Positions 52,336-64,000 of a stretch of DNA of 64,000 nucleotides are shown one piece after another. Both the position numbers and the translations under genes were made by a program. Source of the DNA: Lama guanicoe (Eukaryota); NCBI GenBank assembly GCA_013239625.1, contig MU054391.1, positions 5,105,824 to 5,169,823 on the forward strand, in the 5' to 3' direction. Position 1 is the stretch's first letter. The number at the start of each line of letters is the position of its first letter. The notes below the pieces were generated by a model, which saw nothing but the letters and a program-made list of their open reading frames with translations, was not told where the DNA came from and searched no databases.

Positions 52336-52679
52336 TTCACATTGACCATCATTTGGGTTTAACTGAAAACCTCACAATGTGATTGAGATTACCTTTACTC
52401 TTGGAAAGATCTTTATTTCGGTTCTATTATCATGCTTTGTGGACCAGCAACTGACATGCAATTTTGGAATGAATATAGACAGAGAACATTTAGCTGCCTG
52501 AATTTCTTCCCCATTCATCACTCTCATGGTTTAAAAATCTAAAAGAATTTTAGTGAAGAGTCCCATCACTTCAAGTTTTTCACAGTCTCTGTAACTCAAT
52601 AAATGTCTGATTTTCAGAAAAAAAGAAGCCTAAAGACCATCCAGTCCAACTTCCTCAACTTAAAGGAGTAAACTGAAGA

Positions 52680-53660
52680 TTCCATTCTCTCCCAGGAGTT
52701 CATCTCTACGTTGTTGACACCCAACTTTGTCATTTCAGTCTTGACCGCTCTGCAGAGCTTCAGGCTAGTTTATCCAGCTGCCCACTCAACCTCCTCTCTG
52801 AATGATCTGCTGCCAAAAGGGTACTCCTACACCCCCCCACTACCAACTTCTCCCCAGATTTTCCCATCAGTAAATGCACCATCACAAAGTCAGCTGCTCA
52901 GGCAAACACCTAGGAATCACCCACTTCTTACCTTCCACACAGACTCCATCCCAAAGTTCTTTTAGCTCCGTCTCCAAATTATATGTGTGCCCATGCATGC
53001 CCCAGTCCCCAACTCCACTATGGCCATCTCTTCTCGCCTGGACAACCAAGCATGCTAGGTTGTACTATTTCGTTTCTTGCCTCTCCAAGTCAGGCTCTCC
53101 AGTCAGTCATTTGATCACATCAATCCTCAGCTTTAAAATGCTCTGGCTAGAAGGGAGTGCAGGTATAGCTCAGTGGTAGAGCACATGCTTAGCATGCATG
53201 AGGTCCTGTGTTCAATCCCCAGTGATTCCACTAAATAAATAAACAAATTATCTAATTACCACTTGCCCTCCCCAAAAATGCTCTAGCTAGCAGAATCCCT
53301 GTCTAAAATAAAATCTTAACTCCTTACTCTGCCCTCAAAGAGCCAGGCCCCCATCCCTAGCCTCACTCCCACTCTCTCACTGACCACCTTTCAACCCCCT
53401 GAGCTTCCCTAACACACCAAATTCATCACCACCTCAAGGCCAAGGCCTTCCACTCCGGTACCCAGAACGCACAAAATGCACATACTTCACCCTTCACATC
53501 AGAACTCAAACATCACATCTTCAAAAGCTTCACAGACCTCACAAGCTGAAGTAGCATTCCTGATCATTTTAAAACACACACACTACATCTCATTTCACTG
53601 ACTTCACAGTACACGTCACTATGTAAAATTATTTTGTGAACCTGTGCACTTATTTATTAT
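52680..53660 (+). mobile_element. Decayed LINE-2, interrupted by a SINE
   Basis: tatccagctgcccactcaac...ttcccatcagtaaatgcacc...aaacacctaggaatcac...cacctcaaggcc, L2 sense sequence on both sides of the SINE. Confidence 0.65.
53153..53274 (+). mobile_element. vic-1-like SINE with 16-bp target-site duplication
   Basis: GGTATAGCTCAGTGGTAGAGCACATGCTTAGCATGCATGAGGTCCTGTGTTCAATCCCC. Flanks are aaaatgctctggctag (53135-53150) and aaaatgctctagctag (53275-53290). Confidence 0.93.
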
Positions 53661-55349
53661 ATTTTCTAACAAAATGTATTCATTAATTTCATTCATTCAT
53701 TCAATTCTGCTATGACTATCAGAAGCTTTAGTCCAAATAAGAACAGTGATTTAAACTTGAAAAGCATTTTTTCCAGGGGCCAAGGTGCTCCTGCGTAAAA
53801 AGCACCCACCTTGTAAAAAAAAAAAAAAAAAAAAGGTCAATTTCAGCTGACCTATTAATTACATAAGGCTTCAAATGATGCAAAAAAACTCACTTTTCTT
53901 CTGGGCTGCCTCATTATCATCAGATTTCAGTTCAATACAATATCACAAATTGCAAACATATTGGTTTTGAAATTATACTGCCTCCCATCAAAAACAGTAC
54001 ACTTTTCAATAAAGATTATGTCAATATAAAAAATACTGACTTTTAATGATTAGCTTGGAATCTGAACACTTTGCCTTTGAAAAACTTAGCCATCAAGCAC
54101 TTAAGCAACACATTATCTGAATGAGCCGACTTAAGCACTTTTAATTTCTTTTTTTTTTCAGAACTTTTACAAGGTTTCAGACACTGCCACCCAAAAAATC
54201 ACAATCAATCATTATGCCTCTCGATGGCACACACTGTGAATTATCCTCTAGTAAATCATTCAGATGATCACTAAAATGCACACTTCACAAGCACAGGGAT
54301 TTGGGTCTATTTTGTTTACCACATTCCTAAGCACCTATTTCTGGCATATGACCCCCACTTACCAGACACGTGTTACTAAATACCTGCAAACTCATATTCG
54401 GTTCTGTCTTATCCAGATCACCATATTATCCCAAACAGATGTATAATCTCTCCTCCCTATTGCTTGATGCCATCTTAATATTAAGCATGAGCTAAAAAGT
54501 GATTCTTTGATATAAATCACAGTGAGTATTTGGCTTCCAAACTATATGGTGACATGTGGGAAATCAATCACAGACCAACGAGGATCCTATCACGTGGGGT
54601 GTAAGGGGAGGCAAGGCTCCACTCAGTCATGATAGGCTGACTCTGCCGGCAAACTCCTAACAGGTCTCTGCTCCGGGGCCAGGAAGGAAGCCACAGCTGC
54701 ACGACCATCTGCACATCACAGATTATCAAATATTCACACCAGCTCCAAGGTGAACGTTAAGCAGCGCCACACAGCTGATAAAGTAAGTCACCATAATTAA
54801 ATAGTCAAAGGCAGCAATTATGAATCACAGGAAAGTAGCTCCGTTCTGAGGAGTGTCACAAATAACGTATTACTAATGAAAGTTAAAACAGTCAAGTTTG
54901 TGAACAATTTACTTTAAGAAAGATTCCCCTCAAAGAAGAAAGCAATCAAGATGCAACTAGTTTGCTGGGATCTACATACACAAAACCAGGCGCACAGGAC
55001 GGGAACGTCTCCTGTGAGCGGCACCAGCACATCACAGCAGGCTGGCAGCCGCGGACGTAAAGACAGCCGCTCATTCCGACCTAATAAACCACAAACACAA
55101 AGCCTTGCTCTGGCCCTGACCAAGGAATCTCTGGCACTTACAACCTCTGGATGCCACGGTTTCTTAATATGAAAATAAGAATAACTTCTATCTACACTTC
55201 TAGAGTATGAAATGTACCAAAAAAACAAAAAACAGAAAGCAAAGACCCCAAACATCATTCGTACTTCTGATCCTTTATCTGACTTGGTCTGCCCACTTGG
55301 CCAGCTGGACTCTGGTGGAGCAGGACTGGACCCCATAAGGGGAGCTCCA

Positions 55350-56640
55350 CTGACACGAAGTAGCTAGAAAAGTCAAATTCATAGAAACAGAAAGTAGAAT
55401 GGCGGTTACCGGGAGTTGGGGGGAGGGGGCAGGTAGAGAGTTGTCTAATGGGTATGCAGTTCCCATTCTGCAAGATGAAAAAGTTCTGGAGATCAGTCGC
55501 ACAGCAATGTGAATATACTCAACACTAGCAAACTTTACAGTCAAAAATGTTGTTGTTCAAAGTTTTTTTAATTAGAGAATTTTATTTAATGGTTAAGACT
55601 GTAAATTTTATATATTTATATATGTTATCACGATTTTTTAATTTTTACAATTACTTTTTAAATAAATAAATAATCAAGAACTTCTCCATCAAAAGGCACC
55701 ACAAGGAAGATGGAAAATCAAGCTACAAACTGGGAGAAGGTATTTTACAACACACATAAAATGGAGAAAGAATTCAAATCCAAAACAGAAAGAGTCTCTA
55801 AAAATCAGTATGAAAAGAACAAACTGCCTAATTTAAAAATAAGCAAAAGACAGGAATAAGCATTTCACAGAAGAGGAAACACAAATAGCTAGGAACTAAC
55901 TATATGAAAACACGCTAACCTGTGTTCAGGAAAAATGAAAATTAAAATCACAAGATACCTTTTCATACCCACGAGACTGGCCAAAATGTATCAACCCGGT
56001 AACAGCAGGATCTAAGTGCCAGGGAGGATGAGGAAGAAAAGAATTTCAATACACTGTGGTGGGAACGCAGGCTGCTATAACCACTTTGGAAAGCAGTTTG
56101 GTATTATTTACTGATGTTAAAGACCATTTTCCATGACCGTAATTCTACCCGTCCCCTAGGGAGGTAAACTCAGAGAAACTCCTGCATATGTGCGAGGACA
56201 CGTGAGCAGGAACGTTCACCGCAGCACTGCTTATACAATAAAAAACTGGAACCACATGGATGGCCTTGGACAGGAGAACTCAAGTAAGTCACGGGAAATT
56301 CACACCAGAGAAGAATGAAAATGAAAGGACTGCAGCTACAGCTACCAACATAAATAAATACACCTGGCAGAAGTAACAGTGAGGAAGCCAGACTCAGAAT
56401 CATTTAAACAAAGGTCAAAAGGCAAAGCTGAGCAAAACTAAACGTGATGTTGTTACAGATACACACACTATGAAGAAAAGCAAGGAAATGATAAAGCCAA
56501 AATTCCGGAAATCACTCCTCTCCTGGATGAGCCCCAAGAGGGAGCCTGGAAAGGTTTTCCTGAAGCTGGAAGTAAGGGCGAGAGTTTCACGACCCTCTGA
56601 CAGCACACAGTGTTGGTATATAATCCCCTGCAAACCTGAT
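55350..56640 (+). mobile_element. Adjacent old L1 fragments (L1MB-like 3' end followed by an older L1 ORF2 3' piece)
   Basis: agtcaaattcatagaaacagaaagtagaatggcggttacc...gcaagatgaaaaagttctggagat, then aagctacaaactgggagaaggtatttt...aagcatttcacagaagaggaaacacaaatagc. Confidence 0.8.
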
Positions 56641-57440
56641 TTTTAAAATCAACTCCCCAGAAAAAAGAAGATGTACTGATATAAAAGGCTCTAAAAACAA
56701 GTGAAAAATGTTGGGGGAGAAAAGGGAAAAAGAAAGTGCTTTAGATTCCCTAATATTATTCACTTACTCCACTTCCTTAGTAATACTGGACCAACTTCTG
56801 TGCATGTATCAACTTACACGTAAGTCACCAGTGCCACTGGTCAAACGTTATGTGATTTTATGTGTAACTGTCAAATATCTTCAGAAAGTCCTAAAATGGC
56901 ACCAAGTAATATAAATCCCTCACTCCCTCCATCTTCACCATCATGAGGAGAGGGCCCAAGACACAAAAGCCAGTCACCCTGCACTGGTCACAGACAGGGG
57001 AGCGTGAACAGGAGGGGGCAGAAGGGGCCCCAGGGCCACGTCCTGCCGGAAAGAAGACGCAGCCACCTCAAACCCAGCTTGTGGGAGGCCCCCCACTCCT
57101 CACTGGCTTCCTTCTGAGGAGGAGAAAAGCGAACACACTGGCATGCTGGTTGTCTTGGAGGCCCTTTCCCCAAAAATATATGTACACAGCTCCTCAGGGA
57201 AGAAACTAAAACATCCCATGTCTCTTCCTGACAGCTACAAGACATTCAGATCAACTTCTGAATTCTCCACCACTCAGCTGGCTATGACAGCCGGGACACA
57301 GGGCCACTCACACCGTCCAAAGTCACCTGTTTTCCTCTTTTTCTTCACAATGCTCTCAAAAAGGACGTTTGTCTGATTTCAGTTTTTTTGCATCATTCTG
57401 ATCTAACTACCACAGGTTCTTTATTTTATCAAAACAAATT

Positions 57441-59052
57441 CTCACAGAACTAAAGCAAATCATAATAAAATTTATATGGAACCACAAAAGACCTAGAATT
57501 GCCAAAGCATTACTGAAGAAAAAGAAAGAGGCTGGAGGAATAACTCTCCCAGACTTCAGACAATACTACAGAGCTACAGGAATCAAAACAGCATGGTATT
57601 GGTACAAAAAGAGACATATGGACCAGTGGAACAGAATAGAGAGCCCAGAAATGAACCCACAAACTTTTGGTCAACTAATCTTCAGCAAAGGAGGCAAGAA
57701 TATACAATGAAATAAAGACAGTCTCTTCATCAAATGGTGTTGGGAAAACTGGACAGCAGCATGTAAAGCAATGAAGCTAGAACACTCCCTTACACCATAC
57801 ATAAAAATCAACTCAAAATGGATCAAAGGCTTAAATGTAAGACAAGATACAATAAACCTCCTAGAAGAAAATATAGGCAAAACATTCTCTGACATACATC
57901 TCAAAAATGCTCTCCTAAGGCAGTCTACCCAAGCAATAGAAATAAAAGCAAGAATAAACAAACGGGACCTAATTAAACTTACAAGCTTCTGCACAGCAAA
58001 GGAAACCATAAGTAAAACAAAAAGACAGCCTACAGAATGGGAGAAAACTTTTGCAAATGAAACCGACAAAGGCTTGATCTCCAGACTATATAAGCAGCTC
58101 ATACGACTTAATAAGAAAAAAACAAACAACTCAATCCAAAAATGGGCAGAAGACCTAAACAAGCAATTCTCCAAGGAAGAAATACAAATGATCAATAGGT
58201 ACATGAAAAAAATGCTCAATATCACTAACTGTCAGAGAAATGCAAATCAAAACTACAATGAGGTATCACCTCACACCAGTCAAAATGGCCATCATTCAAA
58301 AGTCCACAAATGACAAATGCTGGAGAGGCTGTGGAAAAAAGGGAATCCTCCTACACTGCTGGTGGGAATGCAGTTTGGTGCAGCCACTGTGGAAAACAGT
58401 ATGGAGATTCCTCAAAAGACTAAGAATATACTTACTGTATGACCCAGGAATCCCGCTCCTGGGCATATATCCAGAAGGAACCCTACTTCAGGATGACACC
58501 TGCACCCCAATGTTCATAGCAGCACTATTTACAATAGCCAAGACATGGAGACAGCCTAATGTCCATCAACAGATGACTGGATAAAGAAGTTTTGGTATAT
58601 TTATACAATGGAATACTATTGAGCCATAAAAACCGACAACATAACGCCACTTGCAGCAACATGGATGTCCCTGGAGAATGTCATTCTAAATGAAATAAGC
58701 CAGAAAGAGAAAGAAAAATACCATACGAGATCACTCATATGTGGAATCTAGGGAAAAATAAACATAAATACGAAACAAACAGACTCACAGACAGAATATA
58801 AACTTGTGGTTGCCAAGGGGACAGGAGATGGGAAGGGACAGACTGGGATTTCAAAAAGTAGAATAGATAAACAAGATTGTACTGTGTAGCACAGGGAAAT
58901 ATATACAGGATCTTGCGGTGGCTCAAAGCAAAAGAGGATGTGACAACGAATGTATGTATGTTCATGTATAACTGAAAAATTGTGCTCTACACTGGAATTT
59001 GACACATTGTAAAATGACTATAACTCAATTAAAAAAATGTTTAAAAAAAAAA
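57441..59052 (+). mobile_element. 5'-truncated young L1 (about 1.6 kb), ORF2 disabled
   Basis: ORF2 peptides [34 protein letters not shown] and [14 protein letters not shown] (cysteine-rich domain). In-frame TGA at 57708-57710 and a frameshift near 58210. 3' UTR and A tail present; possible TSD aaaacaaattct / aaaaaaaattct. Confidence 0.97.
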
Positions 59053-59329
59053 TTCTGAGTGTGAAAGCACAATGGAATTCTCTCACTGAATGCTGAGCCC
59101 TGCCCCGTATCCTGAGCTCCAGACTCACGGTCACTGGGCTACTCGGCACGTCTACTTCAAAGTCTAACAAGCTCCCCACACCTAACGCAGCCACAGGAAG
59201 CTCTCGATCCTCCCCTTCCCACGCTCCAAAGGCCACCTCTTTTGGAGCTCCCCAAAGGCTCACTCTCGCCTTCCTCACACTAACGGTAAATCGGACGAGC
59301 TCACTCCTCTGTGCAGCACTGTCAGATGG

Positions 59330-60365
59330 CTCCCCCCAAGTGTGGGCTGCTCGGTGGCCTTCTTCCAGAGCACAATGTGAGAAGCGGGGGTGAAAAGAGA
59401 AGCTTCAGCAGAGAGCCCTGCCAAGCACCACCTCAGCCAGGTGACCAGTTAACACCAGCAGTGGTAAGTCAGGTGAAAAGCACATGCCCTGGGTATCACA
59501 CGACAGAAATGACACTGCACCTCTGTGCTGGTCCCTCCAAACATCCACAAGCCAGACTGGTCATGAGGAAAACATCAGACAAATCCTACTTGAGGGGCAT
59601 TCAGCCAACTCCTTGATGACCTTTGAAGCTGTCAGGTCATTAAAAATAAGGAAAGTCTGAGAAACTGACACAGTCTGGGAGGAACCCAAAGAAACACGGC
59701 AACTACATGCAAGTGGAAACATCCTGAACAGAAAGGACCTTGTTGTAGACTGAGTATTTCTACCCCCCCAAGTTCATACACTGAAGCCCTAACCTCCAAT
59801 GTGTGGGATTTGGAGATGAAGCCTTTGGGATGTAATTAGGTCACAAGGGTGGGGCCCTCATGATGGGATTAGTGCCCTTATAAGAACAGCTATCAGAGAG
59901 GGAGCTCCTGGCCTCTCCCTCCCCATCTTCCTCCTCCCACCCCAGTTACACACAGACACACACACACCAAGGAAAGGCCATATGAACATACAGTGAAAAG
60001 GCAGCCATCTTTAAGCCAAGGAGAGCAGTCTCACCAGCACCTGACCACAATGGCACCCTCATCTCACACTTCAGCCTCCAGAACCATAAGAAATAAATGT
60101 TGAAGTCACCCAGTCTCTGGTATTTTGTTATGACAGCCTGAGTTAATATAGATCTTCAGAAAAAACTAAGGAAATCCAAATAAAGCATGCAGTTTAGTTA
60201 ATAATAATGTACCAATTCTGGTTCACTCATTGTGATAAAGGACCAGACGAACATAACACATTAACGCCAGGAAAAAGTGGATGTGGGTTATAGGGGAGCT
60301 TTCCACAATATCTTCACTACTCTCTGGAAATCTAAAACTGTTCTAAAATCAAAAGTTCATTTTGA
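59330..60365 (+). mobile_element. L1MC/MD-like 3' UTR split by an LTR
   Basis: atgaggaaaacatcagacaaatcctacttgaggggcatt...gaacagaaaggac, resuming after the LTR with aaaaactaaggaaatccaaataaag...tctaaaactgttctaaaat. Confidence 0.8.
59741..60150 (+). mobile_element. MLT1A/B-like solo LTR with 5-bp TSD
   Basis: Begins TG; contains tgaagccctaacctccaatgtg...ggggccctcatgatgggattagtgcccttataaga...cccagtctctggtattttgttatgacagcc. Flanks are gacct (59736-59740) and gatct (60151-60155). Confidence 0.85.
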
Positions 60366-60574
60366 AAAATCCAATAGCTTCCTATCCTATTTATATTATA
60401 ACCAAATTCCTACCAATTTCTTTCAACTCAACACCTGGTCTACCAAGAGCACCTCCAAAAGGGTTAGCTACACAGGAAAGTATATATGCATTTGCCAAAA
60501 CTGATCAAACTGCACATTTCAGACCTGTGTAAGTTATGCTTCAATAAACATTTTAAAGAACAGGACTGCCAAAA

Positions 60575-61098
60575 TGAGAAATTTGATGACATAAAAATTA
60601 CCCTTGAACTTGGTGGCTTAAAACAGTAATACATCTTTTGCTCTTGAATCTGCAATTTGAGCATGACCTGGCAGGGAGAGCTCATCCCTGCTCTGCTGAA
60701 CATCAGCCAGGGGCTGGAATTACCTGAAGGCTCACTCTGCTCCCAGATCAGCTGGGACTGTAGGTTCAAACTCCTTCACGTGGCCTCTCTGGGTGCCCTG
60801 GGCTCCCTCACAACATGATGGCTGGGTTCCAAGCACAAGCTTGCTGAGAGAGAGAGAGAGAGAGAGACAGATGGACAGAAGGAGAGCCACATGCACACTC
60901 ACAGCGAAGAAGCTGTGGCCTTTTGGTGACCTGACCCCTGAAGCCACACAGCATCCCTTCCACTACACTCTGCTAGCTGGAGCAGCCACAAACCTGTCCA
61001 AGTTCCAGGCGAGGGGAAATAGATTCCACCTCTTGACAGGGAGTGACAAGTACCAGAAATACTACCGCGACCACTTTTGGAAAATAAAATCTATCACA
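60575..61098 (-). mobile_element. MLT1H-like solo LTR containing (GA)11
   Basis: Ends ttttggaaaataaaatctatcaca (reverse complement of an MLT1H-like start) and begins with aacttggtggcttaaaaca. GA run at 60846-60867. Confidence 0.75.
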
Positions 61099-61099
61099 G

Positions 61100-61900
61100 G
61101 TTGGAATATAAAGTCATGGGAAGTTTCCAAAAGACCTGGGTAGCAAGCGAGACAGAATTCATCCATCAATATCTAACAAATAAGAGTTCCAGAAACAAAA
61201 CGGCAACATCAACAGAGAAAAGAGGAAAGAAGTTACTAGGAAGTAATTCCAGAGGACTTCCCAGAGCTAAAGAGCAGGAACCTTCGACGTGAATGAACTG
61301 ACCAAGGATCCACACAGACGGAACGTGAAATTTAAGAACATCAAGGAAAGCGGACAATCCTAGGAATCCTCAAGAAAGAAATCAGGTCAACCACTCACAT
61401 CAGACTTCTCATCAGCAGTACTGTACCCTGAGAATTAATGCCGTGATGCCTTAAACGTTGTGAGGGAAAGTTATTTTCAACCTAAAGTCACACGAAAAGA
61501 ATTTCAAACACAGAAAGACTAAGAAAACTTACTTTCTGTGCTCTCTTTCTTTGGAAGTTGCTTGAGGATGTGCTTCAGCAAAAAAGAAAGAAGCCAAGGA
61601 TTCAAGGACAATGAATTTGGCTTATAGATGCAGTAAAAGGACCTTGCAGGATGCAAGCTGGGGGAGAGGCCAGCGGAGCAATGAGCCCGCGTGGGAGATG
61701 GGAAGTGGAAGGTTCCAGAAAGACGATTATCCAAGGAGAGAAAAATAAATAAATTCTCAAAGTGCTGATGTTATCCCTAAGGATGTGGAATTCAAAATTT
61801 AAGTTAGCAGTATACTTCCCAAATTTCTACAACGGGCAAGTGTTGTTAATTTTAATAATAAAAAGTGTTGTAAAAAGAAAAATTTTAAATAGCAAATTGA
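61100..61900 (+). mobile_element. HAL1 or ancient L1 ORF1-like remnant
   Basis: ataagagttccagaaac...ttcccagagctaaag...catcagacttctcatcagcag...gagggaaagttattttcaaccta resembles decayed L1 ORF1. Confidence 0.6.
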
Positions 61901-63466
61901 AAGGACAAACTATTTTTAAAACAGTTTTAAAATGTGACAGTTCTCTGCCTAAAACAAAGTCTTTGGATGTTTTTCTCCCCAAAGAGAAACAATGACCATT
62001 AAATCTTACGCCCCCAGCTCACAAAACAAAGGAAATTTCTTTCCTATTTAACTGCCAACAAAAATTCTCAGTTTTTAAGGGTTCTATTCTATGTCCTAGT
62101 AGAAGTAATTTACCAAAATTAAAATTCTGAAAAAGTTAACCTCTAAGTGTTAAGTCCTCACCAAAAAACCACCTTTCCATGACACATTTTTGCTCATTTC
62201 AGAAGTGACCACCTCAAAAGCACTCATTGGCACATGTGCACTTTGCAGTGAGGGCCACACAGCAGCAGTGTCACCAGCCCAGAGCTCTGGTCCCAGTCCC
62301 ACCCGGCACTGGCTGGGAGGTCCCGGAGGCTGCAGCCAGATGCGCCCCCGCCGTGTGTCCGGCGGCCAGGGGAGCAATGGAGCAGACTGAGCTCTGCGAA
62401 GGAAGTGGTCTGTGCCCAGCACCGCGCAGGCGCACCCTACGTGGAAACAAAGTCCCACAATCTGCCCACATTCCGAAACGCCACTTGCTGAGCAGTTAGG
62501 ATGTGTGAGGCGTCTTATATCCTCCATTAACTGAATAATCCTCTCAATCACCTGGAAAATAGTCACTATTACCCCATTTTTTAAATGAGGACATGGGAGC
62601 TCAGAAAACTACTATCCGCAATACACAAGTGCTCATTCTGAGCCACATGATGGAAAGTGACTTCTGTGTCCTGGAACCGGGTGGGTGCTGTGCTGCAGAC
62701 ACCCTCCCTCTCCAGGGGAGGCAACCCTCCTCACCCCACCCAGCTGCGGCCAGCGGAAGCCCACTCACCTGGATTTTGAGAGCAAACCTGATCTTGAGAA
62801 TTTGCCAGATGACATTTCAATCTGCAAGGGAAATCATGACTGGGAAAGACCAGGGAAGCCCGAGGGTAAAGAAGGAGAAAGGCTGTCTCTGTCAGAGTTA
62901 GACAGGAAAGGTTCGCCAGTGAGAAGGGAACACCCACGTCTTTACAACCTCCACCCTGTCACGACATGAAGCAGCAGACGACGTGACACTGCCGTCAGGG
63001 CACAGAAACCGTCAAAACTAAAGCAACGCTGGGGATGACAAGCAGCTTGGATTCAAGGACACCTAACAGAGGAGGCAGTCGGGAAACAGCCAAGGACCGT
63101 CTACAAGTGACGTCTGATGTTAGCCACTCTTCTTAAATCCTGTGAACATACATTTACTTTCCATAGAATATTCACTTACTCTTCATATTGAGATATATCA
63201 AAAAAAGACTTCACTATATTTTTCAATGACAATTTCTCCTACTTCACTTTTACCTTTTAATTGGAAAACACGTTGTAATATTAACATTTGTAAATTACCC
63301 ATCACTTGGCAGGAGCCTAACTTCTTTACCACTACCTATGAATGTGAAGGAAAGAAAGCCAATGAAATCTAGGTAAAATGAAATGTTTAGAGTGTGTGTT
63401 ATTTTGTTTAGCTAGTTTCTCTGACGAAGCAGAAACTGTTTTAATTACTATTGTTAAAAATCTTAA

Positions 63467-63494
63467 ATGTATGTATGTATGTATGTATGTATGT
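63467..63494. repeat. (ATGT)7 microsatellite
   Basis: Perfect tetranucleotide run. Confidence 0.9.
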
Positions 63495-64000
63495 GTTAGT
63501 TCTCTTTCCTTTCTCAGTGTCTACTTTTTCATATCTCCTCCTTGGTCTAAAAAGGAATTTAAAGCAGATGCCTTTTTTCTGACTCCAAAACTCATGTTCT
63601 TTCCACTATGCCATTCTGCCTCTCAAATACCTACTCACTGACTGTGACAAGCCAACACTAGCTAGTCTAGCACTAGAGATTTAAGAGATAATGAATAGTT
63701 TCTTCCCCCAAGAGCTTACCATCTATCTTAGTGAGTGAATGGGGAGAAAAAACCTAATATGGTCCAGTATGGCAACTGCTATAAATAATGACATGCACAA
63801 TTACCATAATAATTCAGCACTATGTTCCAAACTCTTTACACAGAAGAGTGAAGTCCTCACCACAATAGGTCCCACCTGCTAGGAGTGCCCCGCCCAGTTC
63901 CCTGGGCCTCAGGTCTCTTCTGGTGCAACGCCCCGTCTGCCCATCAGAGGACGAATGGCGGCACTAAACCTTCGGGGCTTTCTTTAGACCTGCCCACCTC

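Larger units (their letters stand above)
1..64000 (-). other. MBOAT2: Internal part of the MBOAT2 transcription unit (part of intron 1, exons 2-4, part of intron 4)
   Basis: Three minus-strand exons splice in frame to VNFVVCQLFALLAAIWFRTYLHSSKTSSFIRHVVATLLGLYLALFCFGW-YALHFLVQSGISYCIMVIIGVENMHK-YCFVFALGYLTVCQISRVYIFDYGQYSADFSG, recognised as the N-terminal membrane region of MBOAT2. No start exon or later exon was seen. Confidence 0.95.

Noticed and set aside
53781..53834. Short hairpin (caaggtg...caccttg) followed by A20
   Set aside because: It superficially resembles a terminator or retrocopy tail, but there is no TSD or recognisable RNA, and a 7-bp stem is unremarkable in mammalian intron.
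57771..58584. Longest ORFs in the track (180, 114 and antisense 184 aa)
   Set aside because: They are fragments of a truncated L1 ORF2 with a stop and frameshifts, or its antisense shadow.
189..63641. The many other 60-170 aa ORFs
   Set aside because: I recognise no protein family in them. They cluster in GC-rich or repeat sequence where open frames arise by chance, and many use non-ATG starts.
30137..63968. Shared 13-mer ATGGCGGCACTAA near 30137 and 63955, containing a YY1-like core
   Set aside because: Dozens of 13-mer matches are expected by chance within 64 kb. Flanking similarity is gappy, both sites may be decayed MIR, and the upstream AA of the YY1 consensus is not matched.
1..64000. 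CRISPR arrays, operons, rRNA, snRNA, mitochondrial insertions or processed pseudogenes
   Set aside because: None recognised by eye. The sequence is eukaryotic intron with no repeat-spacer array; small conserved ncRNAs cannot be excluded without an Rfam/Infernal search.

Overview
Mammalian genomic DNA, most likely a camelid (camel, alpaca or llama), judged from five copies of a tRNA-Ala(AGC)-derived SINE resembling camelid vic-1. The whole window lies inside the minus-strand gene MBOAT2 (lysophospholipid acyltransferase). Three coding exons with canonical AG/GT boundaries join in frame: 42418-42563 (146 nt), 37509-37586 (78 nt) and 7437-7532 (96 nt), matching exons 2-4. Exon 1 and exons 5 onward were not found and lie outside the window. 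The rest is intron filled with L1, L2, MIR, MaLR LTR, hAT DNA transposons and microsatellites; repeat families were recognised by eye and their boundaries are approximate. I found no convincing previously undescribed biological system. The best leads concern splicing: skipping exon 3 creates a TGA at the junction and exon 3 opens with a potential recursive donor; there are two in-frame candidate microexons (33 nt and 24 nt, the latter beside a UG repeat); and the 224-nt exon 2-3 circRNA module is flanked by inverted SINEs. Smaller leads are a possible assembly-artefact tandem duplication, a MaLR with discordant LTRs and a GC-shifted SINE copy.
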